From Gemmataceae bacterium (GTDB lineage: Bacteria; Planctomycetota; Planctomycetia; Gemmatales; Gemmataceae): a DNA stretch of 64,000 bases. The translations under genes were made by a program, and so were the position numbers. The notes under the pieces are model-generated. The model did not search any database. It was not told the origin of the DNA and saw nothing but the letters and a program-made list of their open reading frames with translations. The stretch is taken from positions 8,384 through 72,383 of the forward strand of contig JAKEFD010000169.1 in the NCBI GenBank assembly GCA_022616245.1, in the 5' to 3' direction. Positions 18,577 to 26,987 of this stretch are shown one piece after another (the stretch's first letter is position 1; each line of letters begins with the position of its first letter).

Positions 18577-19065
18577 ATGGCGAACGTTGACTTCTTTCTG
18601 AAGCTCCAAGGCATTGATGGCGATGTGACCGACGACGCGCACAAAAACGCGATTGATCTCGACTCGTGGAGTTGGCGTGAGACCCAGTCCGGTACGCACG
18701 GCGGCGGCGGTGGTGGTGGCGCTGGCAAGGTGCAAATGCAAGACTTTCACTGCGTCGCGAAAATGAGCAAGGCCAGCCCCAAGCTGATGCTGGCCTGCGC
18801 CACCGGCCTGCACATCGAGGAAGCCAGCCTACTCTGCCGCAAGGCGGGCGGTAAGCAGCAAGACTATCTCACGGTGAGACTGCAGGACGTCATGATCACC
18901 AGCTACCAGACCGGCGGCAACGGGCATGGCGACATTGTACCGACCGATCAGTTCACCATGAACTTTGCCAAGATCGAATTCGTTTACAGGCAACAGAAGC
19001 CAGACGGCTCCCTGGACGGCGCCATCAAGACCGGCTACGACCTGAAGAGAAACACCCGGACCTAA
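18577..19065 (+). CDS. hcp: Hcp (type VI secretion tube protein, Hcp1 family)
   Basis: GAGGAGG then ATG 18577, 162 aa. MANVDFFLKLQGIDGDVTDDAHKNAIDLDSWSWRETQSGTHGGGGGGGAGKVQMQDFHCVAKMSKASPKLMLACATG...RKAGGKQQDYL... aligns by eye along its whole length with P. aeruginosa Hcp1 as I recall it. Confidence 0.9.
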   Translation: MANVDFFLKLQGIDGDVTDDAHKNAIDLDSWSWRETQSGTHGGGGGGGAGKVQMQDFHCVAKMSKASPKLMLACATGLHIEEASLLCRKAGGKQQDYLTVRLQDVMITSYQTGGNGHGDIVPTDQFTMNFAKIEFVYRQQKPDGSLDGAIKTGYDLKRNTRT

Positions 19066-19184
19066 GAGCGAACGGACCCAAATGTAGGGAACTCGCTGCC
19101 CGACCGATGGCTGCGCTCGCATTTGACGCCGATACGTGGAAGAGAATCCATACGACTTGCACGATTCCGCTTCGGAGAACTCTC

Positions 19185-20072
19185 ATGGTGATCGAAAAAA
19201 CGCCGGCTGACCCGCTGCCGACAAATTACAGACCGACCGGAGGAAGTCCCTACAGATTCGGCACGCGCTCGAAGGAAACCTGGCAGTCAATCGCCGACGA
19301 CCACGGGCTGGGAGTCTGGGAACTGATCGAGTTTAATTTCCCCACCGTCGCCAGGATCGCGAACTTGCAGGAGAAGTGCGCGGTCGTCAACTGGTACTTG
19401 CGGCGCAACGTCGGCTGCACGATCAGCAACGACGGCAAGAACTGGAGTTTCGAGGGAGCCACCGGTCAGATCTACCTGCCGGCCATCAAGCCGCCGGACA
19501 GCACACTCAAACGCACCGTGCTCGACATCCTCGCCGACCCGGTGCTGCCCGGGCTGACGATTTCGTTTGGCGGTCGGCAGTTCTACATGGGACGCCTGCT
19601 GGCGCGCGTGGCTGGGCGGATCATTGACGACGACATTACGGTACAGTTCGACAGCGCCTTGCAGGGCTGGGCCGAATACGACCACAACGATGACCGTATC
19701 TACACGGGCTTCGAATGCAACCCGACGCTGGAACAGCGGGGCGGCGTCGTCCATGAGGCAGTCCACGCCGGCCTTGACCTGCGCGCGGAGGGGACGATGC
19801 TTGTCGTGGAGGACGAGTCCCTGGCCTACGTGACCCAGTCGTATTTCCTGTACAACAAGTTGCCCGCCGACTGGCGGCTCACAGGTGAGTGGGCCGAGGA
19901 AGACCAGGTCTTCAAGCTCGCGTGGGACATTGCCGACGTGCTATTCAAGCGCCGCCAGCCAGAGGAGCTGCTCTGGAACGCGCTCGATAGCGCGATCCGC
20001 CGACATCCAAAGTACAGGGCGCGGGCCACCGACGAGACCGGGTACAACGGCGTCCGGCGCAAAAGCGGATAG
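19185..20072 (+). CDS. hypothetical protein with LysM-like N-terminal segment and HExxH motif (candidate effector)
   Basis: ATG at 19185 preferred. YRFGTRSKETWQSIADDHGLGVWELIEFNFP resembles LysM. GGVVHEAVHAGLD is an HExxH motif followed by acidic residues. Confidence 0.6.
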   Translation: MVIEKTPADPLPTNYRPTGGSPYRFGTRSKETWQSIADDHGLGVWELIEFNFPTVARIANLQEKCAVVNWYLRRNVGCTISNDGKNWSFEGATGQIYLPAIKPPDSTLKRTVLDILADPVLPGLTISFGGRQFYMGRLLARVAGRIIDDDITVQFDSALQGWAEYDHNDDRIYTGFECNPTLEQRGGVVHEAVHAGLDLRAEGTMLVVEDESLAYVTQSYFLYNKLPADWRLTGEWAEEDQVFKLAWDIADVLFKRRQPEELLWNALDSAIRRHPKYRARATDETGYNGVRRKSG

Positions 20073-20184
20073 CCGGCAGGTGTGCCGGAAACGGGCACGC
20101 GGCTCGCTGCAGCCTTTGCAGCCCCTGGTCGCGTCAAGCCAGATTCGTCATCGAGCCTTTCGACGGCACTGCCGACAGCGCTTT

Positions 20185-20244
20185 GATTTTTTGCCAACTC
20201 TTGCGGGGGTACGCGGAGTTTTGGAGATGTCCCTGGTGACCCAG
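20185..20244 (+). promoter_or_regulatory. conserved leader/promoter block, copy B
   Basis: Same architecture as 18477-18540, with the identical 17-mer at 20218-20234. Confidence 0.5.
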
Positions 20245-20345
20245 CGACATGCTTGGTCGTCACGCTTCGGCACTTACGGGGCGCGATGCGACTGCGCTGC
20301 ACTGGGCGACAACCAACACTAACTGTTTTCAAGGAGAAAGAGACC

Positions 20346-21044
20346 ATGTCACGCCAACAATCACCAAAAACTCGACCGGCTCTGGAAGTCCTGGAGGACC
20401 GGCTGTGTATGTCGGCCGCCGGCCTGCCGGAGGCCGTGCTGATGCTCGCGCCGCAGGTCGAGCAACAGGCCTCTGACAACAACCACGGCACCCATGTCGC
20501 CGGCACAATCGCGGCGATCGGCAATAATGGCGTGGGTGTCAGCGGCTGGGGCTCGTCAAGTTATCAGTGGGGCTTCTACGGCAGTGTCTCACCGGCCCAC
20601 GTGGACTACTTCCTGAAACTCAAAAGCATCGACGGTGATGTGTCCGACTCGGCATGGTCCAGTCACGAAGGGGCATTCATGGGCAACCTCTTTTCCGCGA
20701 CCCCGGTCGCCAGGGCCGGCACGAACTACTTCGACGGTCGCTTTCTGAGAGGCGACGACTTGACGCGCGAGCAAACCGTGGACAGCGGCGGCAAGGGCAG
20801 CGATCTACTTCTCGGTGGAGTCGGCCAGGACCGGATTGAGCTCGAGAGCTGGGGCCTTGGAGTGAGTAACACTTCGAATCACAGCGCCGCCAGTATTGGG
20901 GGCGGCAAGGTGCAGATGCAGGACGTCCACTTCGCCGCCAAGTCTAGCCCGGGCGATCTCGACCTGGTCGCCGACGAGGGCACAGCATCGCAGAGTGTGG
21001 GCGACCTGCCTGACATCCCACTCTTCCGCGCCCCGAAGAAATAG
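20346..21044 (+). CDS. patchwork ORF: LEDRxxMSA N-terminus, subtilase His-motif fragment, split Hcp N-terminal half, two RTX nonapeptides
   Basis: AAGGAG then ATG 20346. It contains RPALEVLEDRLCMSA; DNNHGTHVAGTIAAIGNNGVGVSG (S8 His box only); HVDYFLKLKSIDGDVSDSA (Hcp residues ~3-20); GGKGSDLLLGGVGQDRI (RTX); and IELESWGLGV...GGGKVQMQDVHFAAKSSP (Hcp residues ~25-65). It may be a decayed gene. Confidence 0.5.
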   Translation: MSRQQSPKTRPALEVLEDRLCMSAAGLPEAVLMLAPQVEQQASDNNHGTHVAGTIAAIGNNGVGVSGWGSSSYQWGFYGSVSPAHVDYFLKLKSIDGDVSDSAWSSHEGAFMGNLFSATPVARAGTNYFDGRFLRGDDLTREQTVDSGGKGSDLLLGGVGQDRIELESWGLGVSNTSNHSAASIGGGKVQMQDVHFAAKSSPGDLDLVADEGTASQSVGDLPDIPLFRAPKK

Positions 21045-21130
21045 TGATCGGTGAGGAGCCGGGCCGCCGGGACCAAACCGGTGGCTTCCTTTTTTGGCCG
21101 TAGACACGTTTTTCAACGAGAGGTAATCCA

Positions 21131-21634
21131 ATGGCGCACAAACGACCAAACTTTTTGTCATTGTGGGGCAAGTACCAGGACTTCCGCGCCGATCCGCATC
21201 CCATTGATGGGGTCTCGGCCCAATGTGCTGTGCGCATGAGCATGACACTGGCGGTAGTCGGCCTGTACTCAAAAAGCCGATTCAAGAGCGTCATTACCGA
21301 TGGAGCGACGGTCGAAGGCTGGGCCATCCGCGCCGAGGAACTCTATCAATACCTCCGCAACACGACAGTGATGGGACCGGCGGAGCTGGTGCCTCCTTCG
21401 GCCGTCTGGGGCAAATGGGGCCTCATCTATCTGCGCAATTGCTGGGTGCGCTCGGGCCAATCTTACGACTATCGTAGCGGTGATCATATCGACCTCGTCT
21501 TTCCCAACGGCGGCGCGGTGGGGGCCTATCCCGTCATCGCCTCCGCTCTCTTTTACCCGGGACAAGTAGACAACAGCATCATTAACTTCTGTCGTGACGG
21601 CAAAGTGCGCTTTTGGGAATGCCCGATGGCGTAA
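21131..21634 (+). CDS. Tae4-like papain-fold peptidoglycan amidase (T6SS amidase effector family 4-like)
   Basis: 167 aa. RPNFLSLWGKY, AQCAVRMSMTL (candidate Cys), IRAEELYQYL, GKWGLIYL, GDHIDLV (candidate His) and a C-terminal VRFWE match the Tae4 family pattern as I recall it. Confidence 0.65.
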   Translation: MAHKRPNFLSLWGKYQDFRADPHPIDGVSAQCAVRMSMTLAVVGLYSKSRFKSVITDGATVEGWAIRAEELYQYLRNTTVMGPAELVPPSAVWGKWGLIYLRNCWVRSGQSYDYRSGDHIDLVFPNGGAVGAYPVIASALFYPGQVDNSIINFCRDGKVRFWECPMA

Positions 21635-21675
21635 GCGGAACGGAGGAGGGCGGAACGGAGGAGGGCAACGGAGAG
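21635..21675. repeat. tandem repeat gcggaacggaggagg x2 plus a partial third unit
   Basis: Units at 21635-21649 and 21650-21664, with a partial unit at 21665-21675. It starts right after the Tae4-like stop. Confidence 0.8.
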
Positions 21676-21678
21676 CCG

Positions 21679-21710
21679 TCCCCTCGCCCTTAGGGAGAGG
21701 GGTTGGGGGA
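21679..21710. repeat. G-rich dispersed repeat (cccctcgccct + tagggagaggggttggggg)
   Basis: Related copies lie at 21947-22000, 52624-52662 and 53641-53668. Confidence 0.65.
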
Positions 21711-21754
21711 TTCCGCAGCGTCACCTTTTCCGGAGCTTCAGATTTTTCTCCCGG

Positions 21755-21828
21755 TTGACGCTCCGGAGCAGCGGCACAAGTGATTATTTTGGAGGTAGTT
21801 GCGACACAGAAATGCTCCGGAGCGTCAA
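21755..21828. promoter_or_regulatory. 15-nt perfect inverted repeat built around the palindrome GCTCCGGAGC
   Basis: ttgacgctccggagc (21755-21769) and gctccggagcgtcaa (21814-21828). A third partial tccggagc is at 21729-21736. Confidence 0.5.
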
Positions 21829-21946
21829 GCGTCACACAGGTACCCCCCAACATAATAGCAACAGCTTACTGATTCATTGGTGCTGCAAAACTATCAACCG
21901 CAGCAAAGTCAAAATCCAAGCCTCGTGCCGGGGGTGAGCCGAAAAA

Positions 21947-22000
21947 CTCCCCTCGCCCTCACCCCCAACCCCTGACCGCTGACCCCTCGCCCTCGAAGGG
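21947..22000. repeat. two more cccctcgccct units; cccccaacccct complements 21699-21710
   Basis: cccctcgccct occurs at 21949-21959 and 21983-21993. 21963-21974 is the reverse complement of aggggttggggg at 21699-21710. Confidence 0.6.
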
Positions 22001-22020
22001 CCAAGATTGGTAACAGCCTA

Positions 22021-22105
22021 GCGCTACCTATTTTCTCGCCGTAAGTCCTTTCACCTCAAGGCATTTTGAAAATAGGTCGCGCGACACACCCACACCCCAC
22101 CCTCG
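22021..22105. repeat. non-coding repeat, copy 2 (see 5236-5318)
   Basis: The core 22038-22098 aligns to the reverse complement of 5241-5301 (46 of 61 positions, no gaps). Confidence 0.6.
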
Positions 22106-22448
22106 TGTTACCAAATGTCAATCGATCAAACGGCAGTTCGCCCCGGTTGATGGCAAAGTGGCCCCGGATTCCCGACATCGGTGCCAACAAAACGAGCAAA
22201 GCATGCCGGCACTGGCGCATTCCGTGCCGTGCATTTCAGGGTAGGTCGCGTTTCAAATTTCGAGGAAGTGAAACGTGGGTGGATAATACGCAACTACATG
22301 GAAGAATGCGACTTGCGGAGAAAAATGACCAACCCTTATTCAAATTGGTGAATAGGCGGGGAAATGAAACGTTTCCGAAAAGCGCCGATCTACTAGCTGT
22401 CGGCCGCTATCTGCTTGCTCTCGTCGCCGCTCGCGGTAAACCGGCACC

Positions 22449-24150
22449 ATGCTCACCGACTCCGCCCTGCGTTGGAAGGTCGATGCCCTCTGGGACAAGC
22501 TCTGGTCCGGCGGGCTGTCAAATCCGCTCGACGCCATCGAACAGCTTTCCTTCCTCCTATTCTTCAAGCGCCTTGAGGAACGTGAGCAGGATGCCGAGCG
22601 GGCCGCGCGTCTGCGCGGGAAGAAGCATCAGCCGATTTTCACCGACCAAACGCTGCGCTGGTCGCATTGGACGCAGCTTCCCGCCGCCCAGGCCCTCAGC
22701 CATGTCAAGGAAAAAGTGTTCCCGTTCATCAAGACCCTCGGCGGCGAAGGCGGCTCGTTCGCCGAGCAGATGGCCAACGCGGAGTTCAAGATCAACAAGC
22801 CCAGCCTCTTGATCGAAGCCACGAAGGCCATCGACGAGATGCAGATTTCCAGCCAAAACCAGGACGTGCAGGGCGACCTTTACGAATATTTGCTCTCCAA
22901 GCTCAACACGGCGGGACAGAACGGCCAGTTCCGCACGCCGCGGCACATCATCCGCATGATGGTCAAGCTGGCCGATCCGCGGCCCGGCGACCGTGTGTGC
23001 GATCCCGCCGCGGGCACCTGCGGCTTCCTGGTCGGCGCCTATCAGCACACCCTCGAAACGCATACTCGGCCCGACAACCTCTCGTTTGACGAGGACGGCT
23101 ACCCGCACCACCTGATCGGCGACCAACTCTCCGCTGAGGAGCACAAGTTTCTCCAGACGAAGGGCTTGACCGGCTACGACAACGACTCCGGCATGACCAT
23201 GCTGCGCATCGGCTGCATGAACCTCATGCTGCACGGCATCGCCTCGCCCAACTTCCGACTCCTTGTCCAAGGCCTTCAATGAAGAACGCCTGTACGACGT
23301 GGTGCTGGCCAATCCGCCCTTCAAAGGCGCGATCGACTCCGCCGACGTCAATCCAACGCTCCCCACGAAGTGCAAGAAAACCGAAATCCTCTTCTTGCAC
23401 CTGTTCCTGCGCCTCTTGGAAAACGGCGGCCGGGCCGCGGTCATCGTGCCCGACGGCGTGCTATTCGGCTCGTCGCGCGCCCACGTCGAGGCGCGCAAGA
23501 AGCTGATCGAGGAGAACCGCCTGGACGCCGTCGTCTCCATGCCCTCGGGCGTGTTCCGTCCCTATGCCGGCGTCTCGACGGCCGTGCTCGTTTTCACCAA
23601 GGGGGCCGCCACGGAGCGAATTTGGTTCTACGACATGGAGCACGACGGCTTCTCGCTCGACGACAAGCGGCAAAAGCTCGCCGACAACGACATTCCCGAC
23701 CTCTTGGAGTGCTGGAAGAAGCGGAAGGACGTGAAGTTCCAGCAGAAGCGCACCCAGCGCCTCGCCGACCTACAACAGCAAATCGGCCCGCTCAAGGCCG
23801 ACCGCCTGGAGCACCACGCCACCATCCACCGGCTGCGCTTCGAGGAAGTGATCGCTGCCGACGGCTCTGCGGAGAAAGCGCGGATGGCCCGCGAGCAGGG
23901 CGAAAAGGAGTTGTCCGAGTTGCAAGCCAAGATCGCCCCGCTGCAACAAGAGATCAACCAGCTCGGCCGCCAGTTTTGGGTGAGTGAGGACCAGGTAAAG
24001 GCAAACAATTACGATCTGTCGGCGAGCCGGTATCGGCAGGTGGAGCAGGACGACGCGTTTTACGAGAGGCCGGAGGTGACGCTGGCGCGGATGCGGAGCT
24101 TGGAAGCGGTCGCAGCCGACCTTGTTACCCAGCTCGAAGAGGCGTTATGA
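22449..24150 (+). pseudogene. hsdM: type I R-M methyltransferase subunit HsdM, reading frame broken near 23256
   Basis: ORF 22449..23282 carries the N-terminal domain and DPAAGTCGF. ORF 23263..24150 carries DSLSKAF...LANPPFKG and the C-terminal half. The frames differ by +1. The join (...HGIASPNFR / DSLSKAF...) falls between the AdoMet and NPPF motifs. Confidence 0.8.
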
Positions 24151-25337
24151 AGACTGTCCATGCCTTTGCCCTGGGCGAGACTCTCAAGAGCGCCGCACCC
24201 GGCTTTGCTTGCGGCGATAATGTGGAGGTTGGGTTTGTCCAGCTTCGCATGAACAATGTCGCGGTTGACGGCTCCCTCAACTGGTCCGCCATTCGCCGCG
24301 TCCCTTCGAGCCATGGGAGAGCGCAGAAATACCGGTTAGCGCCCGGAGACGTCGTCTTCAATCACACGAACAGCCCTGAGCTTGTGGGAAAGACAGCGCT
24401 CTTCACCGGATTCAAAGAGCCGGTTTTGTACAGCAATCACTTCCTCCGTCTGCGAGTAGATGAATCGAAGCTGCATCCCCGCTACCTTGCACTGTGGCTC
24501 AACTTTCAGTGGAAGCATCGCGTTTTCGAGCGGCTTTGCACTCAATGGGTCAATCAGGCTACAGTCCGTCGCGACGATCTGCTTGACCTCAGCATCGAGC
24601 TGCCGGACCTCGCCGATCAAAAGCGCATCGCGGCGATCTTGGAGAGGGCGGACCGTTTGCGGCGGCTGCGGCGGTATGGGCTGGAGATGGCGAGGGCTTT
24701 CACCCCTGCTGTTTTCAACGAAGTCTTCGGCGACCCGATATCCAATGCTAAAAAGTACGACCGAAGTAAACTTAGCGCCATTTGCACAAACATCACAGAT
24801 GGGACACACGACACGCCCGAACGCGTGAGTGCCGGTGTGCCATTCATCACGTCGAAGAACATTCGCCCCTTTGAAATCGATCTAACGGACTTGGAGTTTG
24901 TAACTCCCGAGGTTCATCGCGAGATCATCAAACGATGTAATCCACAGTTCGGGGACGTACTCTACACCAACATCGGCGTAAACGTCGGGAATGCCGTTGC
25001 GAACTGTTTGCCTTTCGAGTTTAGCCTGAAAAACGTCGCGCTCATTCAGCCGAATAGGGGCAAACTTGAGCCGAGATTCATCGAGTCGCTACTTAACCAC
25101 ATCCGGTTCAAAGAGTCCATTTTGAACGTGTCGTCCGTTGCTGGTGCGCAAAAGTTCGTATCGTTGGATGTACTTCGAGGCGTTGAGATTATCGTTCCTC
25201 CTTTGCCACTTCAAAAACGCTTTGCACTGATCGCGGACCGTCATGAAAGGTCGGAAAAGGTCCACCGCGAAGCCCTGCGTCAAGGCGAGCACGTGTTTCA
25301 AACGCTGCTGCACCGGGCGTTCACGGAGGGGGTCTGA
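24147..25337 (+). CDS. hsdS: type I R-M specificity subunit HsdS (two target-recognition domains)
   Basis: 396 aa. The start overlaps the hsdM stop (ATGA). The central conserved region is LPDLADQKRIAAILERADRLRRLR, and the C-terminal conserved region is LPLQKRFALI...FQTLLHRAF. Confidence 0.9.
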   Translation: MKTVHAFALGETLKSAAPGFACGDNVEVGFVQLRMNNVAVDGSLNWSAIRRVPSSHGRAQKYRLAPGDVVFNHTNSPELVGKTALFTGFKEPVLYSNHFLRLRVDESKLHPRYLALWLNFQWKHRVFERLCTQWVNQATVRRDDLLDLSIELPDLADQKRIAAILERADRLRRLRRYGLEMARAFTPAVFNEVFGDPISNAKKYDRSKLSAICTNITDGTHDTPERVSAGVPFITSKNIRPFEIDLTDLEFVTPEVHREIIKRCNPQFGDVLYTNIGVNVGNAVANCLPFEFSLKNVALIQPNRGKLEPRFIESLLNHIRFKESILNVSSVAGAQKFVSLDVLRGVEIIVPPLPLQKRFALIADRHERSEKVHREALRQGEHVFQTLLHRAFTEGV

Positions 25338-25385
25338 CCCAGTTGCCGCCAAGAGAAGTGGTGTTCAGCGGTTGCGAGTGGAGGG

Positions 25386-25408
25386 GCGGGGGGACTTTCG
25401 TCCCCCGC
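25386..25408. terminator. GC hairpin after hsdS
   Basis: gcggggggac tttc gtcccccgc (one bulged g), 49 nt after the hsdS stop. Confidence 0.45.
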
Positions 25409-25808
25409 ACTTCGTCTCATGCTTTTTAGTTCGCCTCCAACATTGGCGCGGTTGTCTCTTGGCTCCGGTCGCGCCGCCCCAGAAGTGCCGCTTCCGTCGC
25501 CACAATCTTTGCGATGGCTTTAGACATAACCTTCTCCAAATCCAAGGTGATTGAGACCTTCAACATGAAGACGGCACGTACCGAAGCCAAGACACTCCAC
25601 GCCAATGCAAGACTAGAACCAAGCATTGAGCCGCTTGAAATCACGTTGTCGGATATTCCTTGTCGAGAATGCAGGGAATCATTTCCCCCCGCATCAGTGT
25701 CCCGACTTGAACACAAGTGCCGAAAGGAATTCCTCTGGCTTCCTGGAAGAGGGCCAAGATGATGTCTCGACCGTCGGCCGAACTCATCATTCCCATGAGT
25801 TCAGCCTC

Positions 25809-25829
25809 CCGCGGCACGCGGTTTTTTTT
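25809..25829 (+). terminator. intrinsic-terminator-like hairpin plus T8
   Basis: ccgcg gca cgcgg followed by tttttttt (25822-25829). It is 47 nt downstream of the stop of plus-strand ORF 25514..25762. Confidence 0.35.
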
Positions 25830-25956
25830 CGGGTCGGGCCCCGGGCCTCGATATCTTCCTTGAGGGTTCAACAAGACCGTCATTTTCCGTCTCCTTCAAA
25901 CTATGGCTGATGATAGTTTCGATATGTTACCACATTTCGGAGCGCTTGCGAAACCG

Positions 25957-26035
25957 TCAATCCTGCGTCAAGCCGAGCACCTGCTTTCAAACGCTGCTGC
26001 ACCGTGCGTTCATGGGCAGGTTGCGAGGCGAGTGA
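25957..26035 (+). pseudogene. orphan duplicate of the hsdS 3' conserved end
   Basis: 25962-26012 matches hsdS 25274-25323 at 47 of 50 positions, with one extra c that breaks the frame. The remnant ends ...LLHRAFMGRLRGE-stop. Confidence 0.7.
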
Positions 26036-26050
26036 AGCCTAATTCAATGC

Positions 26051-26815
26051 TCAGAGGGTCATACTGACGCGCGCCTTTGCACCAATCGCGTCGTACTTCT
26101 TGTCTTCTTCAGCTCGCCGCGCGGCCTTGGACTCACAAATTGCCGACACGATCATCCTGATCGCCTCCTGCCACGTAGGAGCATTTTTCAATTCCACTGC
26201 CAGCTGTTCGAGTTCCGGCTTGGTCATGCTCCTCAGCTCCACTCTTCGAGGCTTGTCAATCTCGCGGTTAAAGGCGTGGCCAAGGGATTCGAGTCGCATT
26301 ACGATCTTTTTCTCGATTATGAAGCCTCTCTCAGCCTCGTCCCTCCTTCTCCTCAGCTCATCGGTTACCGGCGGCTGCCAGCCCTCGGTGCCGACAAAAA
26401 CGACCACGTCCTTCTCGAGACCACGAGCTAGGGCACAGATGGTTTGCCACTGCGGATTCGTCCGCGTGCCCTGTTCAAGCTGGCGGATCGTCCCCACGTC
26501 CAGGGCCGATTTCTCCGCCAATTGGTCTTGCGTCAGATGCGCCCGTTCTCGAAGGTTTTTCAGCCTCGCGGCCAACGGTTCGTCGCGAACCCATCGGTTA
26601 TCAATCCACGAGCTACGCATCACCTCCATCGTGACATGATCGTGGTGTTTGTTCGATGGCATCGGCGAATCCGCCGCCAGGATACCGCTTTGGATCAGTT
26701 CGCCGTGAAGCAGCTCGTAGAAATCGACTTTGCTCATCGGCTCGTAGTTGCGTCGTCCCCACGAGCCTTGGACGAGCCACTCCTCTTTGTTGGGACGAAG
26801 AATCTGGGAGCCCAT
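26051..26815 (-). CDS. XRE-family helix-turn-helix protein with N- and C-terminal extensions
   Basis: 254 aa. The central HTH is LAARLKNLRERAHLTQDQLAEKSALDVGTIRQLEQGTRTNPQWQTICALARGL. The start codon is uncertain. Confidence 0.7.
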   Translation of the reverse strand: MGSQILRPNKEEWLVQGSWGRRNYEPMSKVDFYELLHGELIQSGILAADSPMPSNKHHDHVTMEVMRSSWIDNRWVRDEPLAARLKNLRERAHLTQDQLAEKSALDVGTIRQLEQGTRTNPQWQTICALARGLEKDVVVFVGTEGWQPPVTDELRRRRDEAERGFIIEKKIVMRLESLGHAFNREIDKPRRVELRSMTKPELEQLAVELKNAPTWQEAIRMIVSAICESKAARRAEEDKKYDAIGAKARVSMTL

Positions 26816-26860
26816 TGTGGCGCCTCCTGTTTCGAAAACACTTTATGGAGCGTTACTCGA

Positions 26861-26890
26861 AGTATATCAATTGTGGTAGTACTATGTCAA
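26861..26890 (-). promoter_or_regulatory. sigma70-like promoter candidate for the HTH gene
   Basis: On the minus strand: TTGACA (26890-26885), an 18-nt spacer, then TATACT (26866-26861), about 45 nt upstream of ATG 26815. Confidence 0.4.
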
Positions 26891-26987
26891 CTGAAGTAGC
26901 TGGAAAAAATGGAGATTTGAAAAAGACCCGTTTCAAGCGATTTTGCACTGGCCGAAGCTGGGGCGACATAGAGCTCTTGCGATTGCT

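Noticed and set aside
21635-21675. CRISPR-like array
   Set aside because: There are only 2.7 contiguous 15-nt units with no spacers, and no cas genes anywhere in the window.
21269-21853. 194-aa minus-strand ORF spanning the Tae4-like gene and the repeats
   Set aside because: It is antisense to a motif-supported gene. Its 5' part is a translation of the tandem and G-rich repeats (PPPFRPPPFR).
22066-22448. Upstream extension of the hsdM frame (ORF 22066..22812)
   Set aside because: The extension has no similarity to HsdM N-termini and is in a different frame from the hsdM ORF that opens at ATG 22449. The HsdM-like sequence begins at MLTDSALRWKVDALWDKLW.
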